Assembly: GCF_027921745.1 (NCBI RefSeq)
Contig: NC_079239.1
Span: 1,054,001-1,118,000 of the forward strand
Direction: 5' to 3'
Origin: Schizosaccharomyces osmophilus
Lineage: Eukaryota
Length of the DNA: 64,000 nt
Positions within the stretch are counted from its first letter, which is position 1. Each line of letters starts with the position of its first letter. Made by a program: the position numbers and the translations under genes. Shown here one piece after another: positions 59,159 to 64,000 of this stretch. Under the pieces are notes generated by a model. The model was not told the DNA's origin. It searched no databases and was given only the letters and a program-made list of their open reading frames with translations.

Positions 59159-60634
59159 TCAACGGGTTTTTGATGAAGAGCGATTATGAGACATACCAGC
59201 TAGTTGATTTAAAGAAATACTAGAAGACATCACCTCTTCGTCGTCTTCCAAATAAAAATATGGATCATGACTAGGGGAATAAGGAGGGAGATGAGACAAT
59301 TCAGAATTCAAGTTGCGATGAAATATGAAGACAGGCAGTTTAAAATCAAATTTTTTAAGCTTGTGATGCAGTTTTTGTGAATTCCTTGGCGAATACTGAG
59401 ATAAGCACTTTACAGACAGCTCGCTAGATGACTGCGGGCGGTTGTTGTCTTCTGGTTCTGTATGCCAATTCGAAGCAAGAGATGAACTAGACCGGAAAGA
59501 AGAAAATAACGAGTATGATTTTTTTCTAAGCGAAGAGGTAGAGGAAAAGCTTGATTTTAGTGGAGCACTGGAAGGTTCTGAACTATGAACGGAAACGTAA
59601 AATTTATGCTTTACAAGGAGATGAGGATTTCCAGTTACACTTCCATGAATTGTGTCTTCAAATGGTACCATGAATTCAACTCTTGAGTGAAGACCTGGTA
59701 CCGTTGGAGGGGTCCACCTCCCGTCCTCGTAAAGGACGGTTGTTGAAACTCGGAAAGGACCGTTAAATAGTAAAAAAGTGACCTTTTGAACAAGGCAGAC
59801 ATGAATAAAGTACCTTTCATAAGCACATGCTGAAGTCGGTGAAGACGCACGGCTTTTAGCGTGAGATGATTTGTGTTCACCTAGTTCGAGACTAAGCCGA
59901 CTCAATCGATCTGGTATAGAATCTGAAGATTCATGTAAGCTTTTTGAAGAATGAGAAGTAGGGGTTCTGACGCCCCAAATGTTGTTCAACTTTTCAGGAT
60001 AATTGCTGTGAGCATTTCCTTCTTCGGATTGCACAAGCTCGAGATCAATTAGAAGGGGACATACGCATCCTGGGCCTTTGTAGTTTTGTTGAGGATAATT
60101 AAAAAGAACTCTAATTTCTTTATGTTTTTTTGGTGACAACAAAAGCTTTGTAAAAGAGTCTTGGTTTAAAGGAAGACCAAATCGAATATGATGTGCCCCT
60201 GGCATACGGTCAGGATCCAAAGTGAACGGTATGATAACCGGGACAGTTGTGACCCTAGGAATCCGACAAGTTTCATCGGTGAGAATATTTATAGTCAATT
60301 CATAATGAATCGCACCATCAGGTGTAAAAATCGTTCTTGGTGTGTACCTTGGAAGGGGTGCTATTATATCAAACGTATATAAAGTTCCTTCTTGAACCAA
60401 AAAACTTTCTGCTAAATCCCACTCTATGTGATTGAAGTGAGTTTCCAGAGGAAGCTTGTTTTCGGTTGGAAAAGACTTGATGCCTGTGAAAAATGCCCAA
60501 ATTTGCTTACAAAAAAATGTGTCTGTCGTAGTAAAGTATGCGCGATACTTTAAAACTGACCTTAAGTCCTCCACATTATCAAAAGTATCTGAAACTGTTC
60601 CCAGTATGTGGAGTCTGTCTCTTGAATGATCCAT
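59159..60634 (-). CDS. Arrestin-like protein with C-terminal PY motif
   Basis: 491 aa with an arrestin-N-like segment (YTFDIIAPLP...GAIHYELTINI) and C-terminal LPVFIF...LPPYSP. Confidence 0.7.
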   Translation of the reverse strand: MDHSRDRLHILGTVSDTFDNVEDLRSVLKYRAYFTTTDTFFCKQIWAFFTGIKSFPTENKLPLETHFNHIEWDLAESFLVQEGTLYTFDIIAPLPRYTPRTIFTPDGAIHYELTINILTDETCRIPRVTTVPVIIPFTLDPDRMPGAHHIRFGLPLNQDSFTKLLLSPKKHKEIRVLFNYPQQNYKGPGCVCPLLIDLELVQSEEGNAHSNYPEKLNNIWGVRTPTSHSSKSLHESSDSIPDRLSRLSLELGEHKSSHAKSRASSPTSACAYERYFIHVCLVQKVTFLLFNGPFRVSTTVLYEDGRWTPPTVPGLHSRVEFMVPFEDTIHGSVTGNPHLLVKHKFYVSVHSSEPSSAPLKSSFSSTSSLRKKSYSLFSSFRSSSSLASNWHTEPEDNNRPQSSSELSVKCLSQYSPRNSQKLHHKLKKFDFKLPVFIFHRNLNSELSHLPPYSPSHDPYFYLEDDEEVMSSSISLNQLAGMSHNRSSSKTR

Positions 60635-60948
60635 AAATCTTCAATCCTAATTCTTTCCTGTTGAAGGCAACAATTGAACTCATTCCATTCGTTTCCATAT
60701 ATTTTTTTTCAGTAGTAGTAACGATTGTAAAAGCCAATATTTCAAGCTTCCTAGTTTGCGGATAATTTTGGCATTTATTTCCTGCGATTTGGAGTTTATT
60801 ACGTTTAGTTGATTCAGGATAAGGATGAACAACACACGCCTGCTATCTTAGATATGAGGGCAATGTTCAAATTTTTAAAACATATGAATATTCAACTTTG
60901 TTGAATATTCGTATATAGAAAAATAATCATCGTGCCGTATCATACGGA

Positions 60949-60963
60949 TGAATATTCTTGAAA
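60949..60963. promoter_or_regulatory. Perfect three-unit heat-shock element upstream of the arrestin-like gene
   Basis: tGAAtaTTCttGAAa fits nGAAnnTTCnnGAAn. Additional GAATATTC units at 60886 and 60903. Confidence 0.5.
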
Positions 60964-61235
60964 GCTGGCAAACTTTCAGTCGCATGCAATTTGTAAGATG
61001 TAAATTAATAACAGAAAAGACGTGAAATTAGGGTAACAAAAACCAAAGCGCGTACGAATGTTTCCTTACAATGCAACTATGGATGACATTTTCATGACTT
61101 GAATAGTTTTTTTAACATCGACATAAATGTTTTACATATACTAATTTATGAGCTAATTTCGAAAGACAAAGCACCCATAAAAAAACACTGTTGACCAAAT
61201 ATTTTATTTTTTTTCCGTATCCGTAACGACCATTT

Positions 61236-64000
61236 TTAAACACCATTGCTAGCAATCAATGACTGTATGCATCCGCGAATATCATCTTCGTAATATACCT
61301 TTTGACTAGATTCTAATCTTTGATGCAAAGCGAAATCCAAATAGCGTCTAAGCAATTTCAGTAGAATGACAACCTTTGGCCAAGCTTTCACAGTAAAAGC
61401 ATTGTCAAGGACTAATCCCTTTCCTAAAGGGTCAACTATAATATCGTTTGTCCCAAGCAAAGCCATCCCAAAGGTATTGATAGGAGTGCAATTTTGCAGA
61501 AATGGTTTGGTAGTCTCTACCTTTCGCTCATAAGCTATAAATGTTGCTTTGGATGGATTCGGTGAGTTAGTAAACATCACGCTAGTTGGATGAATAAACA
61601 ATCTGTTTTTAGACTTATCAAAAAACTTGGTCAAACGAGCCTCCTGATCAACCTCAATAGATCCAGAAGAGGAAGACACGTATTTTTTGTCTGGATAAGC
61701 ACATTTTACAATATTTGGTCGCAACGCACCAGCAATTATAGCCGAAAGAAGCGCTAAATCTTCACTAGAATTCCATGAAAATTTAACATGTTTCAAGTCG
61801 ATTACCAGCTTCAGCATTTGAATAGCATCGTTTAATTCTGACCTGTTTTGTCTGATTTGTTGCATACTTACAACAGATATATGATTCTAAACGTTAATAA
61901 AATATCGAGACAGAGAATCACTTACATCCCGGCACCATTCAGCAGCTTTTTTCATACCGCTACTTTTCATAATCTCGTGCCACTGGTCGTATACTTTAGC
62001 GTCAGTAAGGACATCACCGCAACCATTGCTCAGTTCGGATCTTATCAGTCTAGCATCATCATCATGCAAAAATGGGGATTTTGAAGATAATACTGCCGAA
62101 ATACTCAGAGCAGGTTCTGTAAACCCAAATATAGAGGCCAAAACTAAAAGTTTGCCTAGCTTCAAATCCACGGGCAAAGCAACCTGACTGTTAGCAACAA
62201 ACGCAATATTAGTAAAAAACCTACCAAATACTCTCCTAGTCCCGTGAGTTCTTCATTTTCATTCAAGGCACCAACCTGGATTAACTTCTCTATGGCAGTA
62301 TCAACTGCTTGATCAGTAGGAGGATCCAAAAGACACTGCATAAATTTTTTAACGGCTCCTTGTCTGTCTGAATCTTTATTGCTGGTAAAACGACTCACTA
62401 AAGGTATGATGCTCAAACAAACCTGGGATAAGGCCGTTCGAAGCACGTCGGGGGGAGTCTCATCAACCATTCCTTTCTTTTCAAATCCTCTTGTGTATAA
62501 CTTGAAGCATTTTCCTTTCTGAACACGACCTGCTCTACCTCTTCGTTGTCTGCAAGCAGCCCTGGATGCCCATGTTTCTTTAAAAGTTACCAAATCTCGA
62601 TCAAGATCGTAGTCAATTTGTTTCACTCTTCCACTATCAATAACTGCCACAACGTCGTTAATTGTGATTGAAGTCTCTGCAACATTTGTCGAACAAATGA
62701 CCTTTCTTTTCTTATACGATTTAAAGACTTTCCTTTGATCGGTGGTATTCAAAGAAGCATGAAGAGGAAGAACTTCAAGTCCATCTCCACATTTTCGTTT
62801 AATTTCTTGCATGCAACGGTTGATGTTTGAAACGCCCGGTAGAAAGATCAAAATGCTACCCTTGTTCAAGCCAAGTTCAGTATCAATTTGGTTTACGACT
62901 TGAGATATGAGATTATAGTCAACTTCGTATGAGCTCTTATTTCTTTTCGCAATTTCGTCGTTTGAATCCTCATCTTTCAGAAAACTGAAGTCTTCGATGT
63001 AAAAATCTTCAATGGGATAAGTTCTGCCTTCAATATGTAAATGCTTGGATTTGGGAAAGTACGACGTAAACCTTTCAGCATTCACGGTTGCACTCATAAG
63101 CACAATCTTCAAGTTGGGTATACGAGGCAAAACAAGTTTCAGTAAGGCAAGAAGTATATCGTTCTCTATGGATCTTTCATGTACCTCGTCTACAACAATG
63201 CATGATAGAGTACGAAGGTATGCTAGGCCATGCAACTGAATCCTTCTTAGTAGCAAACCAGTAGTGCAAAATTCTAGTAAGGTTTCTTTCGAAAGGCATT
63301 TATCTCCGTGCACACTATAACCAACTTCTTTTCCCAAAGAAGTAGCTCTTTCATAAGAAACTCTTTCAGCTAAACTGATTGCTGAAATTCTCCTAGGTTG
63401 AGTACAAATAACATTAGCAATATTACCGTGTCCTTCCGAGAGGAAGTGATCCAAAATGAATTGAACTACTTGAGTAGATTTACCGCTTCCTGTCTCACCG
63501 CTTATAACTATTGACTGACAGCTTTGTATGTGCGATAGTACAGTTCCTTTTGACTTGAAAGCAGGAAGGGTTTCTCTATCTTTTGTTCTTTGTAAATATT
63601 CTGGATTTTTTTGCCTTTGTAACCAAGCTTGGTAGATCTTCGTGTCAAATTCGTTATCACGTTTAAACAATTTCGGCTTTCGCGTATCCTTTTGCATATT
63701 GGATATCATATTTTTAGTCCTCAATACATCCGTTCCAATTGTAACCGAAGAAAGACTTAATAAAGGCTCGAGGTTCTTCAAAAACATTGTAATGTTTTCT
63801 TGAAAATAGTCGTATAACACGTCAAGCATAGGTTCCCCAATATAATTATGAGCATAAAGAAGCAGCTTTCTTACTATGCTTAGCTTTATATAGGATGCCA
63901 TTCTTTTAGTCGAGGATATAAATATTAAAGGTACGTTTTGAGGATAAGCATGAGCTGGCAGTTTAAATTCAATATAGACTTGCCCAAACTCGTCGGTCGG
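61236..64000 (-). CDS. ucp12: DEAH-box RNA helicase (DHX57-like), 3' part; introns about 62224-62185 and 61925-61869
   Basis: GETGSGKST, TQPRRISA, DEVHER, MSAT, QRRGRAGR and HA2/OB-NTP regions. The frame continues past the window end. Confidence 0.88.

Overview
Gene-dense, intron-containing eukaryotic DNA from a fission yeast. The proteins, 5S rRNA, RNase P RNA and P-factor all point to the Schizosaccharomyces octosporus/cryophilus/osmophilus clade; the exact species cannot be fixed from the sequence. There are about 28 protein genes (drs1, dfr1, uro1, eaf1, ade10, trm8, ure7, sum3, svp26, yps1, vid21, sws2, map2, ura6, pre10, gms1, vcx1, mad3, sua5, ufe1, for3, elp2, alp14, ucp12 and four small or orphan ORFs). 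From memory, the order largely follows S. pombe chromosome III. RNA genes missed by the ORF track are a dispersed 5S rRNA, tRNA-Asn(GTT), tRNA-Thr(AGT), RNase P RNA and an intronic box C/D snoRNA guiding 18S Am100. The most interesting unexplained signals are: (1) a 39-bp hairpin between map2 and ura6 whose only imperfections are G-U pairs; (2) a multi-domain structured, motif-repeating non-coding region upstream of the snoRNA; (3) a decayed wtf/wag-like gene next to the 5S gene at an apparent synteny break; (4) a yapsin lacking both intact catalytic motifs; and (5) a possible non-AUG mitochondrial Sua5 isoform. Gene symbols and synteny statements come from recall of S. pombe, not from database searches.
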